A stretch of 64,000 bases of DNA from positions 40,666 to 104,665 of the forward strand of contig CAVOXO010000010.1 of the NCBI GenBank assembly GCA_963700425.1. The letters run 5' to 3'. This DNA is from an uncultured Microthrixaceae bacterium (GTDB lineage Bacteria > Actinomycetota > Acidimicrobiia > Acidimicrobiales > Microtrichaceae). The notes below the pieces were generated by a model. That model saw nothing but the letters and a program-made list of their open reading frames with translations. It did no database searches and was not told the DNA's origin. This document shows positions 1 through 10,598 of the stretch, piece after piece (position 1 is the first letter of the stretch; every line of letters starts with the position of its first letter). A program made the position numbers and the translations under genes.

Positions 1-1480
1 GCCGGAATCGGCGACCGCCAGCCCTTCGGTCCGAACCCAGCCGAGCGCCATGTGGGCCGCCCCGATGCAGTAGCTCCGCAGGACAACGGCGTCGAGCACC
101 GATCCGCATCGCACGGTCACCGCGACGCCGTCCGCTCCGAGACTCGCTGTCGCCGTCGCCCCCTCCGGCGATGTCACCTGCACGGTCCGGGTCGCCCCCG
201 GCCTGACGTCCTCGGAGTGGCCGGTCCCCGACCGACCCACACCCTCGACGTCGGCGACGGGGGCGAGGACCGCGGCCATGGCTGCGACCTCGGCCCACCC
301 CGCGGCCCGAAGCGACACCGATGTCGGTGGACCGGGCACGTCGACCTCCTCCACGACGACCCCCGGAGCGACGGCGGCGATGGCCGCGACGATCCCCTCG
401 GTCGCCACCACCCTGACCGTTCCGGTGCCGTCCGCCGCGGAGACCGACCGCCATCGGAGGCCTCTTCGGACCGTTCCGCACGACGTCCTCCCGGGTCCAC
501 CGAGCTCGAACCGGTCGTCCGTGCGCGGCCGCGAGCCGTCGGGCGATCTCGGGGAGAGGACTGTCCACCTTGGCCCCGAATGCTCCGCCGTTGCCCAGCG
601 GTGAGGTGGGCTCGCCGCCCGGAGCGCACCACGACGCGTCCGGTTCGAGTGCAGCCGGTTCGACCCAGCCGGTCTGCAGGGTCAGATCCCAGTCCCCTTC
701 CGGCAGAGAGAGCGGAGGCGTCGGGTCCAGAGTCGTTCTGCGGCCCTGCACCCTCCCCGCCTCTCGACGGGCACCGGACATGGTGTCGGCCACCTGCCAC
801 ACGCCGTCACCGTCGACCATGGCGACGGCGGAGTCGTCCGGGGCGGAGTCGTCCGCGAAGCCTCCGCCGCCGAGAGGGATGTCGAGGTCGACGCGTTGGG
901 GGGCCCGACCTTCGAGCGACGCCCTGCGTTCCGCATCGGCCACGACCCGACCCGGCCCGAGCCCCTCGCCGAGATCACCGGCAGCCACTGAGAGATCCTT
1001 CTGGACGACAGAGGTCGCTGCCGCCGTAGCGGCCGCTTCCTCGATGGTCTGCCAGCCGGTGCAACGACACAGATGGGCGGACAGTCCGCGGTCGACGGCG
1101 CCCCGATCGTCGAGACGTCCCTTCACCCTCAGTGCCTCGAGGCGCATGACGATCCCGGGAGTGCAGAATCCGCACTGGGAGCCGCCCGTCGAGCACAGCG
1201 CTCGGGACCAACCGGAGCGGGTGACCTCGTCGAGGCCATCGAGGGTGGTGATCTCCCGTCCGGCCACCCGCCGGAGCGGGGTCACGCAGCTCACCCGGGG
1301 ATCGCCGTCGACCCAGACGGTGCAGCATCCGCATTGACCCTGGGGGGCGCACCCGTCCTTCACCGACACGATTCCCAGCCGATCCCGAAGCGCCTCGAGC
1401 AGCGAGATCCCGTCGTCGACGATCTGCCGGACCCGTCCGTCAACCGTGATCGAGACCGTCGGGCGCGCTTCGTCGGGCAT
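1..1480 (-). pseudogene. Xanthine dehydrogenase/aldehyde oxidase-family protein with N-terminal [2Fe-2S] domain; C-terminus runs off the window; one +1 frame break near 439
   Basis: Own translation from ATG at 1480 (MPDEARPTVSITVDG...). Cys clusters CAPQGQCGCCTV, CSTGGSQCGFCTPG and HLCRCTGW match a CoxS/XdhA-type 2Fe-2S signature. GGGGFADD, GGAFGAK and WTREDV follow, as in Mo-pterin subunits. After ...PPMAVGL the protein-like reading moves +1 (AADGTGTVRVVATEGIV...AAHMALGWVRTEGLAV). Absent from the ORF track because there is no stop in the window. Confidence 0.75.
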
Positions 1481-1505
1481 GGGGCCACACGATAGGTTCA
1501 CCGAA

Positions 1506-2469
1506 ATGCACCCGACTCCGGCGGCGCTCGGCGCCGATCCCGACCCGACGAGTTCTCTGTCCCGACGCCGGTTGCTGATCGCCACCGGCGCTGTCGTGGC
1601 ATCGGCGGCGGCCGCCGCCTGCGGGTCCGACGACTCCGGCGAGAACGCCGCGAACAGACGACGGCGGGCCCACCTCGACCGGGGCACCCGGTGTCGACAC
1701 CTCGTTCCTGCTCGTTCCTTCGTTCCCGGTGGCCGAGCCGTTCCTCCTGGCCGGGGTGGAGGCCCGCATGCCCTTCGTGATCGGCGCCCCCGATGGGGCA
1801 CCGCTCGATGAGATCTCCGGGCCGGTGGTGTTCACCGCCACCCGTGACGGATCTCCCGTCGGCGATCCCGTCGAGGTGGAGCCGCGAGCCGAAGGCCTGA
1901 CCCGGGCCTACCTGCCCTACACCTTCACGTTCCCCGAACCGGGCGTCTATCAGATCGAGGGAGTGTACGAGGGGGAACCGCTCATCGCCCCGGTGCAGGT
2001 GTTCCCCGCCGACCAGTCCACCACTCCCCTCCCCGGTCAGCCGCTACCGGCGGTCGACACCCCCACGACCACAGACGGGCGCGGGGTGTCACCGATCTGC
2101 ACCGACAAGCCGCCCTGTGACCTCCACTCGCAGAATCTCGCCGACGTCGTGGGCAACGGCCGACCGACCGCCCTGTTGGTCTCCACGCCGGCGTTCTGCC
2201 AGACGGCCATCTGTGGCCCGGTCCTCGACCTGGTCATCGACGCCGCCGAACGGTACCCCGGAATCGACGTCGTGCACGCCGAGGTCTACGCCAATCCCGA
2301 AGAGGTGCAGTCCATCGCCGAGGCGACACCGGCACCGGTGATCGACGCCCTCGGCCTGACCTACGAGCCCTCGCTGTTCGTCGCCGATTCCTCCGGAATC
2401 GTGACATCGCGCCTCGATCTGATCTTCGACGCCGGCGAGCTGGACGAGGCCCTCTCCGCCGTCTCCTGA
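1506..2469 (+). pseudogene. Tat-signal lipoprotein with thioredoxin-fold C-terminal domain; +1 frame break near 1654
   Basis: MHPTPAALG...SRRRLLIATGAVVASAAAAAC (twin-Arg motif plus lipobox Cys) lies in the frame of ORF 1446..1811. The protein-like reading continues in ORF 1729..2469 (ALLVSTPAFCQTAICGPVLD). The junction reads GENAAN / DDGGPTSTGAPG. Confidence 0.55.
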
Positions 2470-2544
2470 GCGGAACCTCCCGCGGAGGATGTGGCCGCTC
2501 CGGGATGGCCTGCGTACCATCCCCGGAGGGAAAGGGGAGGTCCG

Positions 2545-3696
2545 ATGACCGACGATCACACGCCACAGCCGCCCGATCGCGAGACCGTCGTGGAGCTGAG
2601 CGACGGACGCACGATGGGCACGGCGGAATGGGGACCCGAGGACGGAACGGCGATCTTCTGGTTCCACGGAACGCCCGGAGCCCGTCGCCAGGTCCCCCCG
2701 CAGGCCCGGGCCCGCGCCGCGCGCGACAACGTGCGCATCATCGGACTCGAACGCCCGGGTGTGGGTTCGTCGACGGCCCACCTGTACCCGTCGCTCACCG
2801 CGTTCGCCGCCGACATCGACGAAGTGGCCGACCGCAGGCGGGTGGAACGGTACGGGGCGATCGGCCTCTCCGGCGGGGGGCCCTACGTCCTGGCGTGCGC
2901 CCACGAACACTCAGAGAGGATGATCGCGGGGGCAGCGTTGGGCGGCGTGGCACCGGTGAGCGGCGCTCAGGCCGCATCGGGCGGACCACTGTCGGCGGCC
3001 CGGCTCCTCAACCCACTGATCCGCGCCCTCCACGAGCCGCTCGGGGCAGGGCTGTCCGCGGTGGTCAGGGCGCTCCACCCCGTCAGCCACACCGCGATCG
3101 AGCTCTACGCGAAGGTGGGTCCCGGCGCCGACGCCCGCGTCCTGCGCGTCCCCCACATGCGTGAGATGTTCATCGACGACCTCGTGGAGGGCAGTCGGAC
3201 ACAACTCCGCTCGATCGTGTACGACATGATCCTGTTCACCCAGGAATGGGACCTGGAGTTGTCCGCCATCGATGTCCCGGTGCGCTTCTACCAGGGCGAC
3301 GACGACTTCTACGTTCCGCTCAGCCATGGCGCTCACATGGCGTCGATGCTGCCGAACGGCAGCCTCGAGTACCGGCCGGGGACCGGACACCTCGATGGCT
3401 TCGACGCCGCCGACGCGGCGATGGACTTCATCGCCGGGCACGGTGGCGCTTCGGCCAAGAGCGGATCGGCGCGCCGGCGCGGATCGAAGCGAACGTCGAC
3501 GTCCTCGGGGCGCTCGACGTCCACGACGGCGTCCACCACGGCAAAGGCCAAGGCCAAGGCCAAGGCCAAGAGGGGAACATCGACGCCGGCCTCCGCGACG
3601 TCGGCGACACCGAAGAAGGCCGCGCCGGCGGCGTCGAAGCGCCCGAAGGCCACGAGCACGACGACAGCCGCCCCGAAGGCGGCCAGAACTGCATGA
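2545..3696 (+). CDS. Alpha/beta-fold hydrolase with about 80-aa Lys/Ala/Ser/Thr-rich basic C-terminal tail
   Basis: ORF 2491..3696. ATG 2545 is preceded by aaaggggagg. Has WFHGTPG, nucleophile elbow GLSGGG and GTGH late in the fold. Tail: ...TAKAKAKAKAKRGTSTPASATSATPKKAAPAASKRPKA... Confidence 0.7.
   Translation: MTDDHTPQPPDRETVVELSDGRTMGTAEWGPEDGTAIFWFHGTPGARRQVPPQARARAARDNVRIIGLERPGVGSSTAHLYPSLTAFAADIDEVADRRRVERYGAIGLSGGGPYVLACAHEHSERMIAGAALGGVAPVSGAQAASGGPLSAARLLNPLIRALHEPLGAGLSAVVRALHPVSHTAIELYAKVGPGADARVLRVPHMREMFIDDLVEGSRTQLRSIVYDMILFTQEWDLELSAIDVPVRFYQGDDDFYVPLSHGAHMASMLPNGSLEYRPGTGHLDGFDAADAAMDFIAGHGGASAKSGSARRRGSKRTSTSSGRSTSTTASTTAKAKAKAKAKRGTSTPASATSATPKKAAPAASKRPKATSTTTAAPKAARTA
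3541..3570 (+). repeat. In-frame hexanucleotide tandem repeat GCAAAG(GCCAAG)x4 encoding (AK)5
   Basis: Read directly: gcaaaggccaaggccaaggccaaggccaag, inside the hydrolase tail. Confidence 0.9.
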
Positions 3697-3827
3697 TCGA
3701 GAGCCTCCTCGGCACCGACCCTGCGACGACGACACCCTCGGGGACCAAGGGCACCTCCGCCGCGTCCGCCTGAGCTCGACCCCCCGACGCGTCGGTCTGT
3801 CACCCGCGACACCGGTAGGGTCATCCG

Positions 3828-5453
3828 ATGAACCGACGACCTTTCCTCCTCATCGCGGCCGCGGGTGCCGTGGCGCTGATCGCCGGATCGTGTTCATCGT
3901 CGTCGACGGCGGACGACCCGCCGAGTACCACCGAGGCGTCGGGCACCACCTCGCCGGCCGGCCCCACCGACGATCCGCTCGTCATCGACACGACGGCCGG
4001 CCCGGTGCGCGGCGCCGAGGCCGACGGCATCAGGTCATTCCTGGGGATACCCTTCGCCGAACCGCCCCTGGCGGATCTTCGCTGGGCTCCACCCGAGCCG
4101 GCAGTGGCGTGGAGCGACGAGTTCGTCGCCACGACGCCGGCGGCATCGTGTCCACAGCTCCCGGGCCTCACCAGCCAGTTCATCCCGGCACCGGAGCCGG
4201 ACGAGGACTGCCTCACCCTCGACGTCTTCGGAGCTCTCGATGCCCAGGATCGCCCGGTGATGGTCTGGATCCACGGAGGCGGGTTCACCTCCGGCTCGGG
4301 GCATTCGCCCCTCTACGACGGCACCCGGTTCGCGCAGGAAGGTGTGGTGCTGGTGTCGATCAACTACCGGCTCGACGCACTCGGGTTCCTCCCGACCTCG
4401 TCGTTGGCCGGCGGGGAGGGACCCTCCGCCAACTGGGGGATCCTCGATCAGATCGCGGCACTCGAATGGGTGCAGGACAACATCGCAGCGTTCGGCGGCG
4501 ACCGCGACAACATCACGATCTTCGGCGAGTCCGCCGGAGGGTTCTCGGTGTGCGCCCTGCTCGCCTCGCCGATGTCCGCCGACCTGTTCGATCGGGCGAT
4601 CATCGAGAGCGGCGGCGGATGCGGTCCGCTGACCCAGCCGGACGACTCCGTCGACGGTCGCCCGTCGGGTGACGAGATCGCCGGAACATGGCTGGATGCC
4701 ACCCCGTGCAACGATGCGGAGGACCCTCTCCCCTGCCTCCGTGACCTGCCCGTCGACGAGGTTCTCGCGGCGTCCGAGTCCACACAGGAGGACGTGAACT
4801 TCGGCCTGGTCGCCGACGGCGTGTCCCTCATCGACAGCGCCTACGAGCAGGCCGAGGCCGGGGCGCTCCGTGACGTGCCGATCATCACCGGATCCAACCT
4901 CGACGAGAACGCCCTGTTCTCGCTGGGCGCCGAGGAACCCACGGCCGAGGAACTGAGCGCATCGATCGGGCGAGTCGTCGACTCCGACATGCTCGACGAC
5001 GTCATCGCGTCGTACGCCGGCTACGACTCGAACCTCGAGAAGCTGCGAGCCTTCCGGACCGAGATGGTGTTCACCTGTCCGGCCCAGCGGTTCGCCGACG
5101 TCGCCCGTGACGACACCGACGTCTACACCTACGAGTTCCAGCGCCGCTCTCCCAGGGACCCCTTCGGAGTCGGCGCCACCCACGGCGCGGAGATGATCTA
5201 CCTCTTCGGCAATCCCGACGGCATCGTGGGCCTGGGTGCCATCCTCGATGGTGAGGATCTCGAACTCGCCTCCGCGATGCGATCGACCTGGGTGTCGTTC
5301 GCCGCCGACGGGGTACCCACCGCGGACCCCGATTGGCCTCGGTACGATCCGGCCACCGCGACCATCTACGTCTGGGACATCCCGGCCTCGGTCACCTCGG
5401 AGATACGCGGCGGACGGTGCGATCTGCTCGCCTCGGCGGGCGCGTTCAGCTGA
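3828..5453 (+). CDS. Type-B carboxylesterase/lipase family lipoprotein
   Basis: ORF 541 aa. Signal plus lipobox LIAGSC. Family motifs VWIHGGGF and FGESAGG (Ser nucleophile). Confidence 0.85.
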   Translation: MNRRPFLLIAAAGAVALIAGSCSSSSTADDPPSTTEASGTTSPAGPTDDPLVIDTTAGPVRGAEADGIRSFLGIPFAEPPLADLRWAPPEPAVAWSDEFVATTPAASCPQLPGLTSQFIPAPEPDEDCLTLDVFGALDAQDRPVMVWIHGGGFTSGSGHSPLYDGTRFAQEGVVLVSINYRLDALGFLPTSSLAGGEGPSANWGILDQIAALEWVQDNIAAFGGDRDNITIFGESAGGFSVCALLASPMSADLFDRAIIESGGGCGPLTQPDDSVDGRPSGDEIAGTWLDATPCNDAEDPLPCLRDLPVDEVLAASESTQEDVNFGLVADGVSLIDSAYEQAEAGALRDVPIITGSNLDENALFSLGAEEPTAEELSASIGRVVDSDMLDDVIASYAGYDSNLEKLRAFRTEMVFTCPAQRFADVARDDTDVYTYEFQRRSPRDPFGVGATHGAEMIYLFGNPDGIVGLGAILDGEDLELASAMRSTWVSFAADGVPTADPDWPRYDPATATIYVWDIPASVTSEIRGGRCDLLASAGAFS

Positions 5454-5766
5454 AGCTCTGACCGCACCCGCACGAACGCTGGGCGTTCGGGTTCGAGATC
5501 TCGAACCCGGACTTCTCGAGACCGTCCTTGTAGTCCAGCTCGGCCCCGGTCAGCATCTGAGCGCTGGAGGGATCGACCACGACCTTCACGCCCTCGTGTT
5601 CGGTGGTGAGGTCCTCTGTCGAGATGTCGGTGTCGAAGAACATCTCATAGGCGAATCCCGAACATCCGCCGGGGCGCACCGCGACCCGAAGGGCGAGACC
5701 GTCCTCGCCCTCGGCGTCGATCAGCTGACGAACCTTGGTGGCGGCGGTGTCGGTGAGGGTGATCAT
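5446..5766 (-). CDS. erpA: HesB/IscA-family iron-sulfur cluster insertion protein (ErpA-like)
   Basis: MITLTDTAATKVRQL...RVAVRPGGCSGFAYEM...C-terminal SCGCGQSFS. Start taken at the internal Met of ORF 5446..5799. Confidence 0.85.
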   Translation of the reverse strand: MITLTDTAATKVRQLIDAEGEDGLALRVAVRPGGCSGFAYEMFFDTDISTEDLTTEHEGVKVVVDPSSAQMLTGAELDYKDGLEKSGFEISNPNAQRSCGCGQSFS

Positions 5767-5876
5767 GTGCGGAACCTCCTGGTCACGAGCGATAACCACT
5801 GTAGCGGTAGTGCATATTCCGTGCGACTGCGCGGAGCCGATCCGGCGGCGACGGCAATCGCCCGTAGAGTGCCTCC

Positions 5877-7055
5877 ATGATCTCCTCTGCGCCGTCTCCC
5901 GACGACGTCATGGAACTGCTCCGCGGCGTGGTCGACCCCGAGCTCGGGTCCGACATCGTCGATCTCGGAATGGCCCGTGGCGTCGACATCGACTCCAGCG
6001 GGCGCGCCACGGTCTCCATTGCCCTCACGACCGCGGGATGCCCGCTGCGGGCACAGATCCAGCGCGATGTCACCGCTCGGGTCGAATCGCTGCCCGGCAT
6101 CTCGTCGGTGAAGATCGCCTGGGGCGAGCTCACAGCCGACGAGAAGAACAGCGCGATGGCGACCGCCCGGCGCAACATCGCGGAGAACGCTCCGGTGACC
6201 GCCGTTCCCGCCACGACGAGGGTGTTGATGATCGCCTCGGGAAAGGGGGGCGTCGGTAAATCCTCGGTCACCGCCAACCTCGGAGCAGCCATGGCAGCCA
6301 GGGGTCTCTCCGTCGGCGTGATCGATGCCGACATCTGGGGCTTCTCCATCCCTCGGATGCTCGGTGTCGACGGTCGCCTGGCCGGCGACGAGTCCTCCGG
6401 GCAGATCACTCCCCTCGTCAAGAACGTCGGTCAGGGGTCACTCCACGTCGTGTCGATGGGGCTTCTCACCGACGACGAGGAGACCGCATTGATGTGGCGC
6501 GGTCTCATCCTCCAGCGCGCGGTACGCCACTTCCTCGAGGATGTCGCATGGCCACCCGACCTCGACTATCTCCTCATCGACATGCCACCGGGGACCGGCG
6601 ACGTGCAGATGGGCCTCGCCAAGCTCCTGCCCCGTGCGGAGATGCTCGTGGTCACGACCCCGTCGCTCTCGGCACAGAAGGTGGCGATCAGGGCGGTGAA
6701 CATGGGGCGGCAGAACTACCTTCGTATCGCCGGTGTCATCGAGAACATGAGCGAGTTCGTCACTCCCTCCGGAGAGCGTTTCGCCGTCTTCGGCGAGGGC
6801 GGCGGCCGTCGTCTCGCCAACGACGCGGGCGTGCCTCTCATCGGAACGATCCCGATCGAATCGAGCGTGGCTCTCGGAGGCGACGAGGGCTCCCCCATCG
6901 CTCTCGGCCACGGCCCCGCCGCCGAAGCGTTCAGAGCCATCGCCGAGCTGATCGTCACCGAGGTGGCACCTCCCACCGATCTTGCAGGATGCACCGCGAG
7001 GTTGCTCGGAGCCGTGGGCGACGCGCTGGCGGCCCACGACGACGTGGCCTCCTGA
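5877..7055 (+). CDS. mrp: Mrp/ApbC/NBP35-family Fe-S cluster carrier ATPase with N-terminal DUF59-like domain
   Basis: VVDPELGSDIVDLGM (DUF59-like), P-loop ASGKGGVGKSS, DMPPGTGD. Confidence 0.85.
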   Translation: MISSAPSPDDVMELLRGVVDPELGSDIVDLGMARGVDIDSSGRATVSIALTTAGCPLRAQIQRDVTARVESLPGISSVKIAWGELTADEKNSAMATARRNIAENAPVTAVPATTRVLMIASGKGGVGKSSVTANLGAAMAARGLSVGVIDADIWGFSIPRMLGVDGRLAGDESSGQITPLVKNVGQGSLHVVSMGLLTDDEETALMWRGLILQRAVRHFLEDVAWPPDLDYLLIDMPPGTGDVQMGLAKLLPRAEMLVVTTPSLSAQKVAIRAVNMGRQNYLRIAGVIENMSEFVTPSGERFAVFGEGGGRRLANDAGVPLIGTIPIESSVALGGDEGSPIALGHGPAAEAFRAIAELIVTEVAPPTDLAGCTARLLGAVGDALAAHDDVAS

Positions 7056-7115
7056 GTCGCTCGATGTCGATACCGCATCCTCCCCCCGACGTGTCGTCGA
7101 CCCCCAGGAGCATCC

Positions 7116-7772
7116 ATGGCCGGTAAGGGCATCACATTCACCGACGAACTCGGCGACTACCTCGTGCGTCACTCCACGCCACAGCGGCCCGAGCTCGACG
7201 AACTCGTGGCCGTCACCCGCGAACGCTTCGGTGACTGGGCGATCATGTCGATCGCTCCCGAACAGGGTGCCTTCATGGCGTGGCTGGTTCGACTCATCGG
7301 AGCGCGGGTCGCCGTCGAGGTCGGTACCTTCACCGGATACAGCTCGATCTGTCTCGCCGACGCCCTGGGGCCGGACGGCAGGCTGGTGTGCTGCGACGTC
7401 TCGGAGGAGTACACCTCGGTGGCCGTCGAGTTCTGGGAGCGGCTCGGGCTGACCGACCGCATCGAACTGCATCTCGCGCCGGCTCTCGACACTCTCGCCG
7501 GCCTCCCCGACGATGCGATCGACCTGGCGTTCATCGACGCCGACAAGACGAACTACCTGCCCTACTACGAAGCCCTCCTCGGTCGGCTGCGTCCGGGAGG
7601 GGTCATCGTGGTCGACAACGTGTTGTGGTCGGGACAGATCCTCGACGACACCGACACCGACGCCGACACCGTGGCACTGCGGGCCTTCAACGACGCGGTC
7701 GTCGCCGACGAGCGCGTCGAGGTGTCGGTGGTCAACGTCGGCGACGGGCTGAGCCTCATCCGCAAACGTTGA
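7116..7772 (+). CDS. Class I SAM-dependent O-methyltransferase (caffeoyl-CoA OMT-like)
   Basis: VEVGTFTGYSS, FIDADKTNY, VVDNVLWSG. Confidence 0.8.
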   Translation: MAGKGITFTDELGDYLVRHSTPQRPELDELVAVTRERFGDWAIMSIAPEQGAFMAWLVRLIGARVAVEVGTFTGYSSICLADALGPDGRLVCCDVSEEYTSVAVEFWERLGLTDRIELHLAPALDTLAGLPDDAIDLAFIDADKTNYLPYYEALLGRLRPGGVIVVDNVLWSGQILDDTDTDADTVALRAFNDAVVADERVEVSVVNVGDGLSLIRKR

Positions 7773-7859
7773 ACAACGGTCGGACTCGTCGATCCGGATC
7801 CCTCCCCCACGACCACGACGCCGGTGCGCTCCCCGTCGGCGATGCACCGTCACGCTCTG

Positions 7860-8705
7860 TCAGGAGGGGCCCACCGGCTGTGAGGTGAGGGCGTCGAACT
7901 CCCGGTCACCGGGCAGGACGATCCGCATGCCGTGATCGCTGTCGACGATCCTCGGCAGCACCGCCTCGACGACGTCGAGGGTCTGGGCGTGGCGCACGAC
8001 GTCGTCAGCCCGATCGAATCGCCGCAGGTCCTCGAGGCTCCGCACCGTCGGGAAGATCAACTCGAACTCCCCTGCGGCGTGACGGTCGAGCGCCTCCTGG
8101 GGACGGATCCACAGGTTGGCGATCACCTCGCGGTCATCGTGGATCGGGGTCTGGCCCTCGGGAGGGTGGGCGACGAAGAAGCGGGTGTCGTAGCGGCGGG
8201 GTGCACCCATCGGCGTGATCCAGCGCGAGAAGTACCCGAGCCCACCGACGCTGAGACGGATGCCCTCGACCCCGCACAGTTCGGTCATCGTCATCCGGCC
8301 TTCGTCGACCTCACGCCGGTGAGCGGCGAACCGCTCGGCCACGGGGGAGTCGTCGAAGCGCACCGGACCACCCGACGAGTCGATCGCCGAGAGTAGACCG
8401 GCCTCCTCGAACGATTCACGGATGGCCGCCACATAGAAGGCCAGGCCTCCCGCCTCCAGCTCGAGTTGCGCCGATGCCTCGGCATCGGTGAGCCCGACGC
8501 AGACGTCCTCCACACCAGTGTGTCCGTCGGCGAGGTCGACGCCACCTCCGGGGAACACATAGGCGCCGCCCACGAAGTCGCTGTCGAGGTTGCGTCGCAG
8601 CATGAAGACCTCGATGCCGCGAGCACCGTCGCGGACGAGCATCACGGTTGCCGCGTCGCGCACCGGAATCGACGCGGGGTCGTCGACCCCCATGTCCACG
8701 ATCAC
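7860..8705 (-). CDS. NUDIX hydrolase
   Basis: Nudix box GGAYVFPGGGVDLAD...IRESFEEAGLL. GTG start overlaps the fxsA stop (GTGA). Confidence 0.75.
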   Translation of the reverse strand: MIVDMGVDDPASIPVRDAATVMLVRDGARGIEVFMLRRNLDSDFVGGAYVFPGGGVDLADGHTGVEDVCVGLTDAEASAQLELEAGGLAFYVAAIRESFEEAGLLSAIDSSGGPVRFDDSPVAERFAAHRREVDEGRMTMTELCGVEGIRLSVGGLGYFSRWITPMGAPRRYDTRFFVAHPPEGQTPIHDDREVIANLWIRPQEALDRHAAGEFELIFPTVRSLEDLRRFDRADDVVRHAQTLDVVEAVLPRIVDSDHGMRIVLPGDREFDALTSQPVGPS

Positions 8706-9241
8706 GTACCGCCGCCCGGTCCCAATTCGCCGAACGCGTCATCGAGGATGACCTCCTCGGCGTCGAGATCGATGATGTCGTCGGCACCCGACCCGTCACC
8801 GGAGCGTGAATACGCCCGGTACTCGCCATAGGAAAACGTCTGGCCGTCGCGGATTCCCTGGCCGACGATGCGCACGTGGCGGGCGACACGGGCCGACAGC
8901 ATCCCCACGAGTCGGCCGCCCGCCAGATGACGAACCGCCGGGATGGCGAGGACCAGGCCGACCCCTGCGGAGACGAAGCCCGGGGTGAGCAGCAGGATCC
9001 CGACAAGGGCGACGAGAAACCCGTCGATGAGCGACCCCGTCGGCATGCGCCCGTTCTGGACGTCGTCGATCACCCTCTTCCACGCCGAGGTCCCCTCATG
9101 TTTGAGCACCCAGGCGCCCACCGCGCTGAGCAGGATGATCAACAGGACGGTGATCACGACCCCCAGGGCGTTCGACACCTGCACGAGGACGAACACCTCG
9201 AGCAGCGTCAGGAGAAACAGGACGACGGCCACCGACAACAC
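8702..9241 (-). CDS. fxsA: FxsA-family membrane protein
   Basis: Two N-terminal TM helices, GRMPTGSLIDGFLVALVGILLLTPGF motif and an acidic C-terminus. Confidence 0.8.
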   Translation of the reverse strand: MLSVAVVLFLLTLLEVFVLVQVSNALGVVITVLLIILLSAVGAWVLKHEGTSAWKRVIDDVQNGRMPTGSLIDGFLVALVGILLLTPGFVSAGVGLVLAIPAVRHLAGGRLVGMLSARVARHVRIVGQGIRDGQTFSYGEYRAYSRSGDGSGADDIIDLDAEEVILDDAFGELGPGGGT

Positions 9242-9313
9242 CCGGCCACCGTACCCAACGGTCCCGACCCACGCCCTTCAGGCCGCAGCGGGGCCCCGTA
9301 GGCTGATGGCCCG

Positions 9314-10598
9314 ATGCCCGAGCCCCCACCCGATCACCCACCGTCTGTGGATTCACTGGCGCGTTCGCTTGCCGACACGGGACTTCCCGAACCCCAACTG
9401 GTCGACATCGCCCGCCGGACGATCGCCGAACGGCGCTGGGACGAGGCACGCTCCGACGCCGAGGCAGCCGCTCGAACACGCCTGCGACCCGTCGTCAACG
9501 GCACCGGTGTCCTGCTTCACACCAATCTCGGACGGGCGCCGTGGGCGACCCACGTCGACGGAGTGGCGACGAACCTCGAATTCGATCTCGCCACCGGTGA
9601 GCGCGGCCACCGTGACGGTGCCGTTGCCGCGAGCTTCGCCCGATTGTGTGGAGCAGAGGCCGCGACCATCGTCAACAACGGTGCCGCCGCCGTGCTGCTG
9701 GCGCTCGCCGCAGTCGTGGGCGACGGCGGGGTCGCGGTGCTCGCGAGGCGAGCTCGTGGAGATCGGCGGGGGATTCCGAATTCCCGACGTGATGGCCCGT
9801 TCGGGGGCTCGGCTGATCGAGGTGGGAACCACCAACCGAACCCGCGTCGGGGACTACCGCCGCGCGATCGAGGAGGGAGATGCAGCAGCGGTGATGGTGA
9901 TTCACCGTTCGAACTTCTCGATGTCGGGATTCGTCGAGTCGACCGGCCTGTCGGAACTCGCGACCCTCGGCGTGCCCGTTCTCCTCGATCTCGGATCGGG
10001 GCTGCTCGACACCCGCTGCGGATGGCTCGACGACGCGCCGCCCCGATGGTTGGCGGCCGAGCCCGGGGTCCGTCAGAGCCTGGACGCTGGCGCCGACCTG
10101 GTCATCTTCTCCGGCGACAAGCTGCTCGGTGGCCCCCAGGCGGGCCTCATCGTGGGGCGGACCGACCTGGTCGAGGCCTGCCGATCACATCCGCTGGCCC
10201 GGGCGCTGCGATGTGGCGGCCTGGTGCTGTCGAGCCTCTCCACCCTCGCCGACGACTACCTGCGGCGTGACGGCGACGCCATCCCCTTCTGGCGCATGGC
10301 AACCGCCCCTCTCGGCGTGCTCCGGGCCCGCGCCGCGACCATCGCCGAGACGGTCGGACCGACCCTCGCCGTTGTCGAGTGCACGTCGGTCACGGGGGGA
10401 GGGACGCTCCCTGGCGTGGACATCCCCTCCGTCGGTGTCGCGGTCGCGGGCGACCATCGCGAGCCTCTCCGTCACGGTGACCCGCCGGTGATCGGACGAC
10501 TCGACGGTGACCGGACGGTCCTCGATCTCCGGGGGATCGATCCGTCCGACGACCGGGTGATCGCTGCCGCACTCGCCGCCCTCGCGCCGGCATCGTGA
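9314..10598 (+). pseudogene. selA: L-seryl-tRNA(Sec) selenium transferase SelA; +1 frame break at about 9740
   Basis: N-terminal part is ORF 9314.. (VVNGTGVLLHTNLGRAP, NNGAAAVLLAL). It continues in the frame of ORF 8943..10598 (SRGELVEIGGGFRIPDVM, EVGTTNRT, FSGDKLLGGPQAG with the PLP Lys). Confidence 0.85.

Noticed and set aside
9242-9313. tRNA-Sec (selC) next to selA, or in the selB/whiB spacer at 12317-12388.
   Set aside because: No acceptor/T-arm pairing or GTTCGAATC-like T loop is present. The only two tRNA-like T arms in the window belong to tRNA-Pro and tRNA-Ile.
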